The position numbers and the translations under genes were made by a program. A stretch of DNA of 64,000 bases, taken from NCBI RefSeq assembly GCF_039654945.1, contig NW_027361763.1, forward strand, positions 10,788,001-10,852,000, in the 5' to 3' direction. The notes under the pieces were generated by a model. The model ran no database searches, was not told the origin of the DNA, and saw nothing but the letters and a program-made list of their open reading frames with translations. The DNA comes from Dendrobates tinctorius. Taxonomy: Eukaryota. How positions within the stretch are numbered: the stretch's first letter is position 1; the number at the start of each line of letters is the position of its first letter. Positions 37,865-49,927 of this stretch are shown here, one piece after another.

Positions 37865-38136
37865 AATAATAATAATCTTTATATAGCGCTAACATATTCC
37901 GCAGCGCTTTACAGTTTGCACACATTATCATCACTGTCCCCAATGGGGCTCACAATCTAATTTCCCTATCAGTATGTCTTTGGAATGTGGGAGGAAACCA
38001 GAGTACCCGGAGGAAACCCACGCAAACACGGGGAGAACATACAAACTCCTTGCAGATGTTGTCCTTGGTGGGATTCGAACCCAGGACCCCAGCGCTGTAA
38101 GGCTGCAGCGCTAACCACTGAGCCACTGTGATGCAG
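37865..38136 (-). mobile_element. tRNA-derived SINE with L2 tail
   Basis: A box TGGCTCAGTGG, B box GGTTCGAATCCC; the 3' ~50 nt match the L2 end at 37262-37313. Confidence 0.9.
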
Positions 38137-39909
38137 CATGTCAGTACTGGTAGGTAATATACAGCAATATAAGGTATTATCACAACAGTAACAATGGTAC
38201 AGGATGCTGTTATCATGCATTATATAAGAACTGAGCAATATAACATGCACAGCAGCAAAAGGGAGAGAAATATCTAACAACTAATGGCTGCCAGCTTTAC
38301 ACTCACTGAACGGAGGATGCATAACTATCATGCAGTGTACTAGCATTACAGGAGCTGAACATGCATTGCAAACATCATGAGGAATACATTATGGCCAGCT
38401 AACAGGGATGCATAACATAATAATTGCATTATCTTACAGGAATCCGCTTGTTATAAGCAATGGTTTTGCAAAGAGCTGAGCAGGTGCGTGCTGCTCAGGA
38501 GACGGCTGGAAAATGGTTACATGTTGTTGGCCAAGGCAGGAAGAAGGGGCGGTTCTGAACAGTTAACCATTCGGGGAACAGAAAATTCCAAACACATGAA
38601 TAAGAAAGAGAAGGGCAACTTATGACACCTACTGGCAATAGCTGGAACAGCACTTAAAAATATCTAACTGCAGAGAATGGGCAGAACACTGAGCTTTGAG
38701 ACCCTGAGCTTGGAAGATCAGATGCTACATAGATGAAATATTCTCTTCAACCAATCAAATGGACTGTCCATGGAATGATGGGCTATTTTTCTTTAACTTC
38801 TTCACATATTTTGCATTTCTCTACAATAACTACTTTATGAAAATAATTCAATAAACTACTATATATTTTTTATAAGAATCATCGTGAAGAGCTTCTGGTG
38901 TACCAAAATACTGTATATACATCACATTTATCTAAAAGTGGTAATCGAGTACTAAGATGTCCCAGTGCTCGATACTCGAATCGACCAGGTCGGACGCTCA
39001 GACGGGCTCAACTGGAGTAACGAGCATAATGGAAGTCAATGGGAAACTCGAGCATTTTGCTAGAAGACCCTACTTGGACGGCAGGGGGAGGCAGTAAAAT
39101 AGCTGAAATGGATGGAAACAGCAATCAAATGGAATGGGAACAGCATATGGAAGACATCGGATGCATCTCTGACTCCCAGATCGCTGCTGAGAACAATGTT
39201 GTCAGAGTATTACTTCACTTTTACTGACAATAAAAATGTTAGGAAACTTTGTTTCCTGCATAATGACTTGTATATAAGGCAAAAATAAAAAGAGAAGGAA
39301 AAAGAACCAAAGCTTTTTATACTTGCTAGCTGAGTCTTTTATAAGTATTAGTATAACAAGCATAACACTACAGGTTTATTCTTTACTAATAGGTTAATAT
39401 TTATGTATTAATATAACAAGGATAAGTATTAGCATAAGGGGACAGACAGATGGCCATATAACTCATGGAGGATCGCATCGCAATCCTTGGACTTTCCCTC
39501 TCCTGACATGAGTGTGCCAGCGGGATGGATTGCTATGCAGTTGTCACTCTCAGGTCAGGAGGGCCGATGGTCAGTGCGAGCATAGTGATGCGATCCACGC
39601 ACGAGAAAAACGTCCGTCTGTCTGACCCCCAACACGTATGATAGGGTGGACCTGCCGTCAAGAGCCCCCAAGACCACTGGTGCGATCAGGTGCGCGTGCG
39701 ACCACGTTTGCTATTTGCACGGGTCACTAGATAAGTTTGACTTCTCTCAATAGAAGAGAATTGGGAGAAGTCGAAAGAGTCGTCACACGACCCCCTGTTC
39801 ACATCAGCGATGATAGGGCCATTATTACTGTATATAGGGGGACTTATTGTTAAATAGGCACTTAACAAGCATTATTATTATTTGTAGGGTATCTAATGGA
39901 TGGCAGGTG

Positions 39910-40165
39910 GTGCTGAGCCGGCTGTCAGTCAGTGCCGGGCTGAGGTTACAGCCGCTACTCTCTATACACAGAGCGGTGACTGAAACTGTGCCAGCGCAAC
40001 CCGTATTACTGGAAGAGCAAGGCTGCTGGGAGGAATAAAGTTAGTTTCCTCCTGGCAGCAGGGCTCTCAGTGCGGGCGCGGCATGGTGCCAGAATGCTAT
40101 TAACCTGCAGATTACCCCATATTTGCAGGTTAATAACATTACTTCACATGACAGGTTTCCTTTAA
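39910..40165. mobile_element. End of a TTAA-type (Kolobok/T2-like) non-autonomous element; related copy at 60450-60702
   Basis: Both segments share CCGGCTGTCAGT, ATAAAGTT and TAACCTG..AGAT..TGCAGGTTAATA and end in ACATGACAGG..CCTTTAA. Confidence 0.5.
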
Positions 40166-40324
40166 GCTCTGCAGTAGAGCAGGGAGACACGATCTCCCTG
40201 CACTACTGCTCTCCGTTTTGTAGACCACAGGTCGCTTTAAGCCTGCGGCCCACAGAACGGCAGGGGGATGCATGGGCTGAGTCACCAGCGCATGCACAGA
40301 ACATCGGAGTGGGAGCTAATATGA

Positions 40325-41200
40325 GGGTCACTATACAGTTTGGGGGCCATCATACCATGTAGAAGCTCATATACAGTGTGGGGACCACTGCGGGGGCCAT
40401 CATAAAGTGTGGGGACTACTGTGGGGGCCATTATACAGTGTGGGAGCTAATGGCCGGGAGGCCATTATACAGTGTGGACTACTGTACATGGCCCTCATAA
40501 TGTGTGGGGACTACTGTGGCAGATATTATGAAGTGTGAGTGACATTATACAGCATGGGTGCTACTGTGAGGACCAATAATAATAATGTCGAAGCTACTCT
40601 GGGGGTGAATATACTGTGTGGGGGACATCATAAAGTGTGAGGACTACTGTGGGAGTCATAACATTGTGTTTTGGGACAGCAGCGGAGACAATTCTATGCA
40701 TAGAGGAACTCTGGGGGGACATCATACTATATGTAGGGGAGCTGTGGACCCATCATACTGTGTATATGGAAGCTGTGGAAACATTATACTGTGTATAGGG
40801 GAGCTGTGGGCCCATCATACTGTGTATATGGGACCTGTGGGCCCATCATACTGTGTTTAGGGGAGCTGTGGAAGCTTTATACTGTGTATATGGGACCTGT
40901 GGGCCCATCGTACTGTGTATAAGGAAGCTGTGGAAGCATTATACGGTGTATAGTCATGCTCTGTCATCATTATACAGTGTATAGGGGAGCTGTGGGATCA
41001 TCATACTGTGTATAGGGGAGCTGTGGAAGCTTTATACTGTGGGATCATCATACTGTACATAATGGAGCTGTGGGCCCATCACACTGTGTATAGGGGAGAT
41101 GTGGGCCCATCATACAGTGTAGAGGGGAGCTGTGGGATCACCATATGGTGTTTAGGGGATCTGTGAGCCCACCATACTGTATATAGGCGAGTTGTACATG
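40325..41200. repeat. ~31-bp minisatellite GGGGAGCTGTGGGCCCATCATACTGTGTATA
   Basis: Degenerate tandem copies, inverted orientation of the core in the first part. Confidence 0.85.
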
Positions 41201-41821
41201 GGGAACTCAGGGGACATTAATAAAAATGTTAAGTGGCCACTTAAACATTATTGTTATATGGGCTCTCAGTATTGTGACCATCAAAGTTGTACATGGAGTA
41301 TTATTACTTTCTAGGGACAAAATGTGGAGGGCCCATGCACAGGACATTAATATTTTCTAGGGAGCAATTTTACCATCTAGTGCACAGAAGAGGCATAATT
41401 ACTACGTGAGGACACAGTGGTGGCATTATTATGTGGGGCGGTAAGAGGAGCTGTTATTGTACCACACAGTAGATGCAGAAATAGGGACTCATACGGTGGC
41501 AGTAGCTCAGTATTGGGGTATCGGCAGGATGAGGAGTTTGTGCAGGTTGGGAATAGATGTGAACAGTGCAGGAAATGTGAGAAGTCAGATGTGTCTTTGT
41601 TGTAATCTCTACAGATGTGTCCTGGCTGGAGAAGTCATTATGTCGGTCTGGGCCAGATGGAAAAGACAGGAAAAGTGAACAACTTCACCAGAAAGAATGT
41701 CTCCTGTAAATCACCATGTGTAACTGTACTGTGATCTCTGTACTGGTATCTACCACTACATGGTCATTACATGGCGGTAATACCATCATAGTTATAATCA
41801 TGATTACCAAGTTAGGGCCCA

Positions 41822-41969
41822 CAGGCGGACACAAAGAGAAAAGGGCCCATGTGCAAGGACAGTATATGGGCCCTTTGCAGCGTAAGAGCTCCTAAAAATG
41901 CACATTCGCACCTTCTTTAGATGTAGAAATGGGCCCCCTTACCTCTTGGACCCATGATATGTCCGCCTG
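41822..41969. mobile_element. Small MITE-like element
   Basis: Inverted ends CAGGCGGACA ... TGTCCGCCTG; both flanks are TAGGG(G)CC-like. Confidence 0.5.
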
Positions 41970-42121
41970 TTAGGGGCCCCCTCACATATTTCGCCCCCTC
42001 TGAGCTGAACCCCTAGCTATGCCTCTGCTTTCAGGTTTCCATTTGTGGCTTGCATTGGCGAGTCTCGTTCGATATACGCGGCCACACTCAGCGCACTGCG
42101 ATTTTTTTCCTTGCAGATGAG

Positions 42122-45100
42122 TGTGATGTTGTCACATCTCCTGTTGTTTGTGGGCTGTTGCCCTTGTTTGCATTCTTTGCCTAGTAACAGTGATGTAGGG
42201 GAGAGAAGGAGTCGGGGGAGGGACGTGGAGAGGAAGGAGGAAGTAAGGAATAAAGGAAAGCACGGCCTGGCAGCCAAGCACTAGCACATCAGTGTACGTC
42301 TCTGAATTCTTTATCGCCGACATCACGACACTACAACTGGCGACGAGGAAGCGTTCAGTCATCAGCCACAGGTATTTCAGTCCCACGAACAGTCTACAAG
42401 GCTATCAGCACTCACTATGGCTTGTCTACCCACATTTCCTGCTTTTGAAGTGCATCAGTCCCAAGCAAACCTGGCAGTATCTTGGGATAAATGGCTAAAG
42501 CGATTCGAGATATTTCTGCAAGCCATGAATGTCTCTGATGATACCCGGAAAAAAGCCATGCTGTTACACTACGCAGGGGAGCAGGTTTATGATATATTCA
42601 CTACTCTGCTGAATACAGGGGAGGACAAGGACTATGAGCTCAGCAAAGCTGCGTTAAGCAAGCACTTCTCCCCTCACAGAAATCCGGCATTTGAAATTTT
42701 TAAGTTCAGGCAGTCAAAGCAGTCGCCAACAGAAAGCATGGCTGAGTATCATGTCCGGCTACGACACCTTGCAGCGCACTGTGAATTTGCGGAAGTAGAC
42801 AAAGAAATCCAAATGCAGATCGTACAAGGATGTATTTCCTCCAAGTTAAGGAGACAAGCACTCAGAGACCCCACCATGACGTTAGCGAAGTTGCTAGATA
42901 CAGCGCGTATAAATGATGCTGCAGACAAACAAGCTAAACTGATAGAGAACATCGAGCATGAGCCAGACGCGACATCTTCTATAGCAAAGCTTACACAGAA
43001 ACCAAATGTGCCTCGCACACAGGCAGCCACATGTTACAACTGCGGTGGATTGTATCCTCACCAGAATGTCTGCCCAGCAAAGGGAGGAACTTGTCATAAT
43101 TGCGGAAAGCAAAATCATTTTGCAAAGGTGTGTAGATCCAAGCCACAATCTCCTCATACCACCGCACAACCTAGGCCACCGAAGATCCAAACACTGCAGA
43201 TTAATGACGAGTCCCACAGCACCTATTTATTCTCCGTGACGGAAAAGGGATCTAATACTGTGCACGCAGTTACTAATCCAAAACGTGTAATCCTAGTGAA
43301 TGGCAATCCAATAGAAGCCCTGGTGGACACGGGGGCATCTGTCAACGTCATCAGTCATACAGTCTACAACCAGCTCCTAAACAAACCTACTCTACAAAGT
43401 ACTAACATAAAGATTTTTCCTTATGGCTCAGCAGCTGCACTGCCCCTGTGCGGAAAATTTCAGTCAGAAGTAGCAGCTGAAGGAAAGTCCATCACTGACA
43501 CCTTCTATGTGGTAGAATGCTCTGCGGACACACTTCTCAGCTTTACCAGTGCAATATCTCTGGGCCTTGTGAACCTTGTCAACAGCATTACAGGTCCTTC
43601 GGCCCACCACATTATGCAGAAGTACCCAAATCTCTTTAAAGGCCTAGGTAAGCTAAAGGATGTTCAAATAAAATTGCATATAGATCCGTCAGTACAGCCC
43701 TCTATTCAGCCCCACAGGCGCATTCCATTCCATGTCCGCAAGCTTGTGGAGCAAGAACTGCAAGACCTGGAGGCGTCCGATGTCGTCGAACGCGTTGAAG
43801 GCTCGACCCCCTGGGTTTCACCAATCGTTGTTGCACCTAAACCGAAGCAGCCAGGTAAAATCCGACTATGTGTGGATATGCGCCACGCCAATCGGACGAT
43901 CCAAAGAGAAAGGCACATCACGCCCACTATTGATGACATTCTCGCAGACCTGAATGGTGCGAAGGTATTTTCAAAAATTGACCTAAACTCAGGCTATCAT
44001 CAACTTGAATTGCATCCAGACTCCAGGTACATTACAACTTTTAGCACGCATGTGGGCCTGCGCAGATTTAAGAGATTGAACTTTGGCATCTCATCGGCCG
44101 CAGAAATTTTTCAAAATATCGTCAGCCAGGTTCTGTCTGGCATTGCAGGAGTCCTCAACGTCAGTGATGACATTCTCATTTATGGCACAACCCAAGAGGA
44201 ACATGACAATCGCCTAGAACAAGTGTTTCAAAGACTCCAAGCCTGCAATCTCACTGTCCATCCGTCAAAATGTGAATTTAACCAAAAATCATTAACTTTT
44301 TTTGGATACATCTTTTCTGAACAAGGAGTTTCAGCTGACCCACAGAAAGTGGCTGCCATAAAATCGGCTAGCCCACCGCAAAATGTGTCAGATGTTCGCA
44401 GCTTCCTAGGACTGGTCACATACTGTGGGCGATTTATACCTGACCTAGCCACTGTTTCTGAACCTCTGCGAAAGCTCACAAAGAAAGACTCTCCGTGGAC
44501 ATGGGGTACTGAGCAGCAAGCAGCTTTTGACGCATTGAAAACCAACCTAACCAGCGACACTGTCATGGCCTATTTTGACCCGTCAAAACCCACACAGCTA
44601 CTGGTGGATGCTAGTCCAGTAGGCCTAGGGGCAATTCTCACACAAGTGTCTAGCGCAGGCGACATATCCACAATCTCATATGCCAGGAAGACACTAACGG
44701 ATACAGAGCAGCGATATTCACAAACAGAGAGAAGCCCTGGCAGTTGTGTGGGGGTGCCTTCATTTCCATTTATACCTTTTTGGACATCAATTCACAGTGA
44801 TAACTGACCACAAGCCACTCGTTCCAATTTTCAATAAGCCCTCGTCAAAGCCTCCCCCGCATCTTGAACGCTGGTTGCTCCGCTTACAGAACTATCATCT
44901 CCAGTTGAGATACGAGGCGGGAGCTGGAAATCCCGCAGACTATTTCTCGAGACACCCAGCACCACAGCCCACCACAGACGACATCCCCGCGACGATTCTG
45001 GCAGAGGAGCATGTCAACTTTGTCGTCGCCCATTCGGTACCGAAAGCTATGACCATACAGGAAATTAAGCAAGCGCTGGATGCCGATCACCAACTTCAAT

Positions 45101-46681
45101 TTGTGATAGAGACGGTTCGGTCCAAGAACTGGAGCAGTTTTCTCGCTGAGGCCCGCCTTCACCCTCCTGATCAGGCTGGGTACCTGGAGGTTTTCTTTAA
45201 CGCGAGACATTCACTATCAGTATCAGACTCAAATATGCTCTTAAGAGATAATCGCCTGGTGATACCTCAGAAACTTCAGAGCAGGGTACTGGATCTGGCG
45301 CATGAAGCTCATCAAGGGGTCGTGAAAACGAAGCAGCTACTTCGGGAGAAAGTGTGGTTTCCCGGACTTGACAAAAAGGTAGAGGCACTCGTTGAAACAT
45401 GCATACCGTGCCAAGCCACTACAGTTGCCCATAGACGTGCACCATTACAAATGACACCCCTGCCAGCCGGCCCATGGATAGCTGTTAGCATCGATTTCTG
45501 CAGTCTACCAGATAGCTCCTATCTGCTGGTGATCATGGATGACTTTTCAAGGTTTCCAGTCATCGAACATGTTTCTACAACCTCGGCCAAGGCTGTTTTA
45601 CCAAAATTAGACAAGATCTTCTCGGCATATGGCATACCTGAGATCGTGAAATCTGACAATGGACCGCCTTTTAATAGCACAGACTTTCAGTCCTTCGCAA
45701 CCTACCTGGGTTTCACACACCGGAAAATAACTCCTTGCTGGCCTCAGACCAACGGTGAAGTCGAACGATTCATGCAATCGCTCAACAAGACCCTAAGGAT
45801 TGCTACCATGGAGCACAAGGACTTACAGCAAGAGTTGAACGCATTCCTCAGACAGTACAGGGCTACACCCCACTCTACAACGGGAATACCACCTGCAATG
45901 GCACTGTTCAACAGGCCCTTACGGGTCAAACTTCCAAGCATTCCAGCAATCTCCGTCCAGACCCCGATTTCTATTAATGACTCCATATCAAAGGAAAAGA
46001 TGAAACGGTATGCAGATAAGCGCAACCATCGAGGCAGACAGCCGGCAATACAGGTGGGCGATTGGGTCCTGGCACAAAGGTTAAAAGCGACTAGCAAGTT
46101 TGTGTCACCGTACTATCCGGAACCCTTTCAAGTTATAGACTTTAAGGGCACCATGGTTACTGCCCGGAATCAAAGTCGTCAGGTCACACGGAATGTGTCC
46201 CACTTTAAAAAACTCCGGGGCCACGTCCCAAAAACCACGCCTATTGAGGAAGCGGAGAGTGACGACTCCCTGCCAGAGACTGGAGATGCCGTAAGCCTAA
46301 CAGGGGATGTCTCCGGGGATACTCAGGGCTCATCTGGTGATGGGCTGTCTCACCGCTATCCGACTAGGACCTATCGAAGACCACCATGTTCTGCAGTGAG
46401 ACTTAATGTTTGAACGACAATATTCTTCAAATATTTCAGTTTTTTTTTGTTGTGAGAAAAGAAGAGGTGTGATGTTGTCACATCTCCTGTTGTTTGTGGG
46501 CTGTTGCCCTTGTTTGCATTCTTTGCCTAGTAACAGTGATGTAGGGGAGAGGAGGAGTCGGGGGAGGGACGTGGAGAGGAAGGAGGAAGTAAGGAATAAA
46601 GGAAAGCACGGCCTGGCAGCCAAGCACTAGCACATTAGTGTACGTCTCTGAATTCTTTATCGCCGACATCACGACACTACA
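42122..46681 (+). mobile_element. Young full-length Ty3/Gypsy (Mag-like) LTR retrotransposon
   Basis: 214-bp LTRs at 42122-42335 and 46468-46681 with 2 differences; 5-bp TSD ATGAG; PBS TGGCGACGAGGA (tRNA-Ser type) at 42338; PPT GAGAAAAGAAGAGG at 46454-46467. Confidence 0.97.
42417..46413 (+). CDS. Gag-Pol polyprotein, single ORF disrupted by one frameshift at ~44730
   Basis: Two CCHC knuckles, LVDTGAS protease, RT with VSDD, RNase H LVDASPVGLGA, integrase HHCC and DDE (SDNGPPF, NGEVERF); QTEREALAVVWG is restored by adding GA to a (GA)n run. Confidence 0.9.
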
Positions 46682-48106
46682 ATGAGCACGGCCTCATTGA
46701 ATAACATCGGTGCGAGTGCAGTGCGATTTTTCTATGCACTCGCCGATGTTATACGCAGATGTGCGCGAAGCCTAAAAGAAGGTAGGACTCCAATGTAAAA
46801 AGTCTCAGTGGTCACTAAGGGGTTACACCAATAACATCACTGTCCGTTGAAGTGTCTCAGCGCATGATGCAAGCAGAGGAGCCTTTCATTTCCTATATAT
46901 TATTACTAATGCTTTCCAATAAGTTCACAGTGTTCCTCCGGGTGCTGGAAGCAGCGCAGACTACGTCCTTTTATGTATGGAGGAGTCAATATTTACCGTC
47001 CGAATGGACACGGAATATTCCTTAATATCTGCTATGAGGGTCCAAATCAGAATAAATAGTCACCTAGATATAGGCTGCGCTCTGTAATTGAGGGGAAAAG
47101 CCTATATAGCATTCAGCGATAATCCCAGTGATTGCATTACAGGAAAGGCCCTCCTGGCCTTTTTATATATTATTGTAACGACACAGTGAATCATAGTGGA
47201 TTTAATATATTTATTTCCTTCAATCAATAGAAAATGTCTTTTAAAGTTGAAAAAAAACACTATTAGATTTGCAAGAGTTCGGAACCAGGGAGTGCTGTCA
47301 CAGGGACATGGGTAAAGTAGCAACAAGCATAACAATAAGTGGGTGACAGATTCAAGTCACAATATTGATTTTGTATATGGGATTTCTATTAAACCTATGG
47401 GCACCTATGACATGTAAAATGTGATTTTTACATGTTACTTTACTTGATAAAATTTTACTTCATTTCAACCTGTAGCATTAATTATTCCCTTCATATTCAG
47501 ATCGCCTTATAAGCAATTTCCATCCTGATCAAAGTTTCAGATTTCTTGCTTGTAAGAGTGTCTCTCCCAGTAATATAGGCTGGATGTGAAGCCTATGTCT
47601 CTCATAATGTAGGCTGGATGTGAAGTCTATGTCTCTCCTAGTAATATAGGCTGGATGTGAGATTTGTGTGTCTCTCCTAGTAATATAGGCTGGATATGAG
47701 ATGTGTGTGTCTCTCAGTAATATAAGCTGGATGTCAGCTTCGTATGTCTCTCACAGTAATATAGGCTGGATGTGAAGTCTATGTCTCTTACAATGTAGGC
47801 TGGATGTGAGCTCTGTACGTCTCACCCAGTAATATAATGTGAAAAATGAGGATGAATGAACTCATGGAGATCAACATCCAACACTGCGGAGACACCATCA
47901 CATGTTTCTCAACGCAGTGATTGTAGAGCAATGCCCCCATCCCTTATGGGAAATATGTAAACATATGCAAAACACAAGCCGCGGAGACACCATCACATGT
48001 TTCTCAATGCAAGCAATGACTAGCCAGGTCTTTCCCCGGGAAGGAACAACCACGGGAAGGGCAGTCTCCAATGAAGGAAACCACCTATGCCAAAACATGG
48101 TATCCA

Positions 48107-48151
48107 TCCACAGACAGCTGTTTCGGGGTATTTGCCCCTCATCAGTGTGGA
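48107..48151 (-). ncRNA. Minimal type I hammerhead ribozyme
   Basis: UCCACA-CUGAUGA-GGGG-caaaua-CCCC-GAAA-CAGCUG-UC/UGUGGA: complete core, 6-bp stem I, 4-bp stem II, palindromic stem III; predicted GUC cleavage between 48113 and 48112. Confidence 0.9.
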
Positions 48152-48165
48152 GTAGGAAACTGGCC

Positions 48166-49927
48166 TCAAAACTAATCAATGGGATTATATATTCAGTAGT
48201 AACACCAGAAGCACCAAAAAATAACCCCTAAAATTTAGCTTTTAATTCAATGACTAAAAACATTAGTGAAAATGACTAAAAGAAGTAGTAGTAGAGGACA
48301 AAAAATGAAGGGAAAAAACTGTTTTAGTTCTCTTCAGTAATCACATAATGGGCCACTGGCTAAATTGCCCTAGTCAGCCCTAGTCTCACCCTTCCTAACC
48401 GCGGAGGTTGGCACCCTAGTTGTAGACGATATGGCGCCCCCGCTCAACGTCGGTATCCCTAATAACCCCTATGTCTCCCTAAATATACAAAAAGGGACAC
48501 AAAAAAGGAACACACACACACTTATAGTACCGAAAAAATATATAAAGAGACATGAATAGTCTCATAGATAATACTAAATTGCTATGAACTTATCTTGTAG
48601 TATTTCTAATAGTATGAGAACCCCAAAAGGAACTTATCTCGGAGTCAAAAAAATGATAGATGGGGTTAATATCCGGCAGCTTAGGGAAGGACTTATCTCG
48701 TAGTCACAAAAATGCTAATAAGCTGCAAATGGCAGACCCAATTACCAGATAGCAAAATTAAAAAACGGCTACAAGAAAATTCAATGAAAAGCACATAAAC
48801 TAATATATTTATCCGGAACCCCGGACACACATTGGAAAATAGTACAAAAATTGTACATTAGAGGCAGTGAAAAAAACAGCCTATATAGCACATGCGGCAG
48901 CCATTACCTTGCAAGTGAGGGTAAAAATCACCCTAATTCACAGGAATACAATAAAAAATAAGGCTACCATATTCATCTCTGATTATACAACGTGGTACAC
49001 CAATATTCAAGTAGCAATGCATACAGAGTCACATAGCATAATTGCTCAGTGGATTAAATCTAAATAGATAGTACCACCGCGGGATCTGCCAAAAGTAATG
49101 TACAACATTATACTTATCAGCCACTTGATGCATATGGAAACCCGACGCGTTTCCCCCTCTTAATCCTCTGAGGGTTCATCAGGGGTCAAAAAGTGGGGTC
49201 TCATTACCCCTGGCCGAGAGAGCAATACAGTGTGCTATATAGGCTGTTTTTTTCACTGTCTCTAATGTACAATTTTTGTACTATTTTCCAATGTGTGTCC
49301 GGGGTTCCGGATAAATATATTAGTTTATGTGCTTTTCATTGAATTTTCTTGTAGCCGTTTTTTAATTTTGCTATCTGGTAATTGGGTCTGCCATTTGCAG
49401 CTTATTAGCATTTTTGTGACTACGAGATAAGTCCTTCCCTAAGCTGCCGGATATTAACCCCATCTATCATTTTTTTGACTCCGAGATAAGTTCCTTTTGG
49501 GGTTCTCATACTATTAGAAATACTACGAGATAAGTTCATAGCAATTTAGTATTATCTATGAGACTATTCATGTCTCTTTATATATTTTTTCGGTACTATA
49601 AGTGTGTGTGTGTTCCTTTTTTGTGTCCCTTTTTGTATATTTAGGGAGACGTAGGGGTTATTAGGGATACCGACGTTGAGCGGGGGCGCCATATCGTCTA
49701 CAACTAGGGTGCCAACCTCCGCGGTTAGGAAGGGTGAGACTAGGGCTGACTAGGGCAATTTAGCCGGTGGCCCATTATGTGATTACTGAAGAGAACTAAA
49801 ACAGTTTTTTCCCTTCATTTTTTGTCCTCTACTACTCCTTCTTTTAGTCATTTTCACTAATGTTTTTAGTCATTGAATTAAAAGCTAAATTTTAGGGGTT
49901 ATTTTTTGGTGCTTCTGGTGTTACTAC
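48166..49927. mobile_element. Penelope-like inverted pseudo-LTR (fold-back) insertion
   Basis: Inverted arms 48194-48892 and 49231-49929 with ~5 mismatches; 338-bp spacer containing a hammerhead; 20-bp flanking duplication TGTGGAGTAGGAAACTGGCC. Confidence 0.75.
49140..49186 (-). ncRNA. Minimal hammerhead ribozyme, PLE-type variant
   Basis: ACCC-CUGAUGA-A-CCCUC-loop-GAGGG(G)-GAAA-CGCG-UC/GGGU; palindromic ACGCGU stem III; the base of stem II is non-canonical. Confidence 0.75.

Noticed and set aside
38060-38130. tRNA gene
   Set aside because: The A/B boxes belong to a SINE head followed by a SINE body and L2 tail; no full cloverleaf is evident.
44720-44760. Programmed frameshift in the Mag-type Gypsy
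   Set aside because: It falls inside the conserved RNase H motif at a (GA)n run, not at the gag-pol boundary; a 2-bp deletion explains it.
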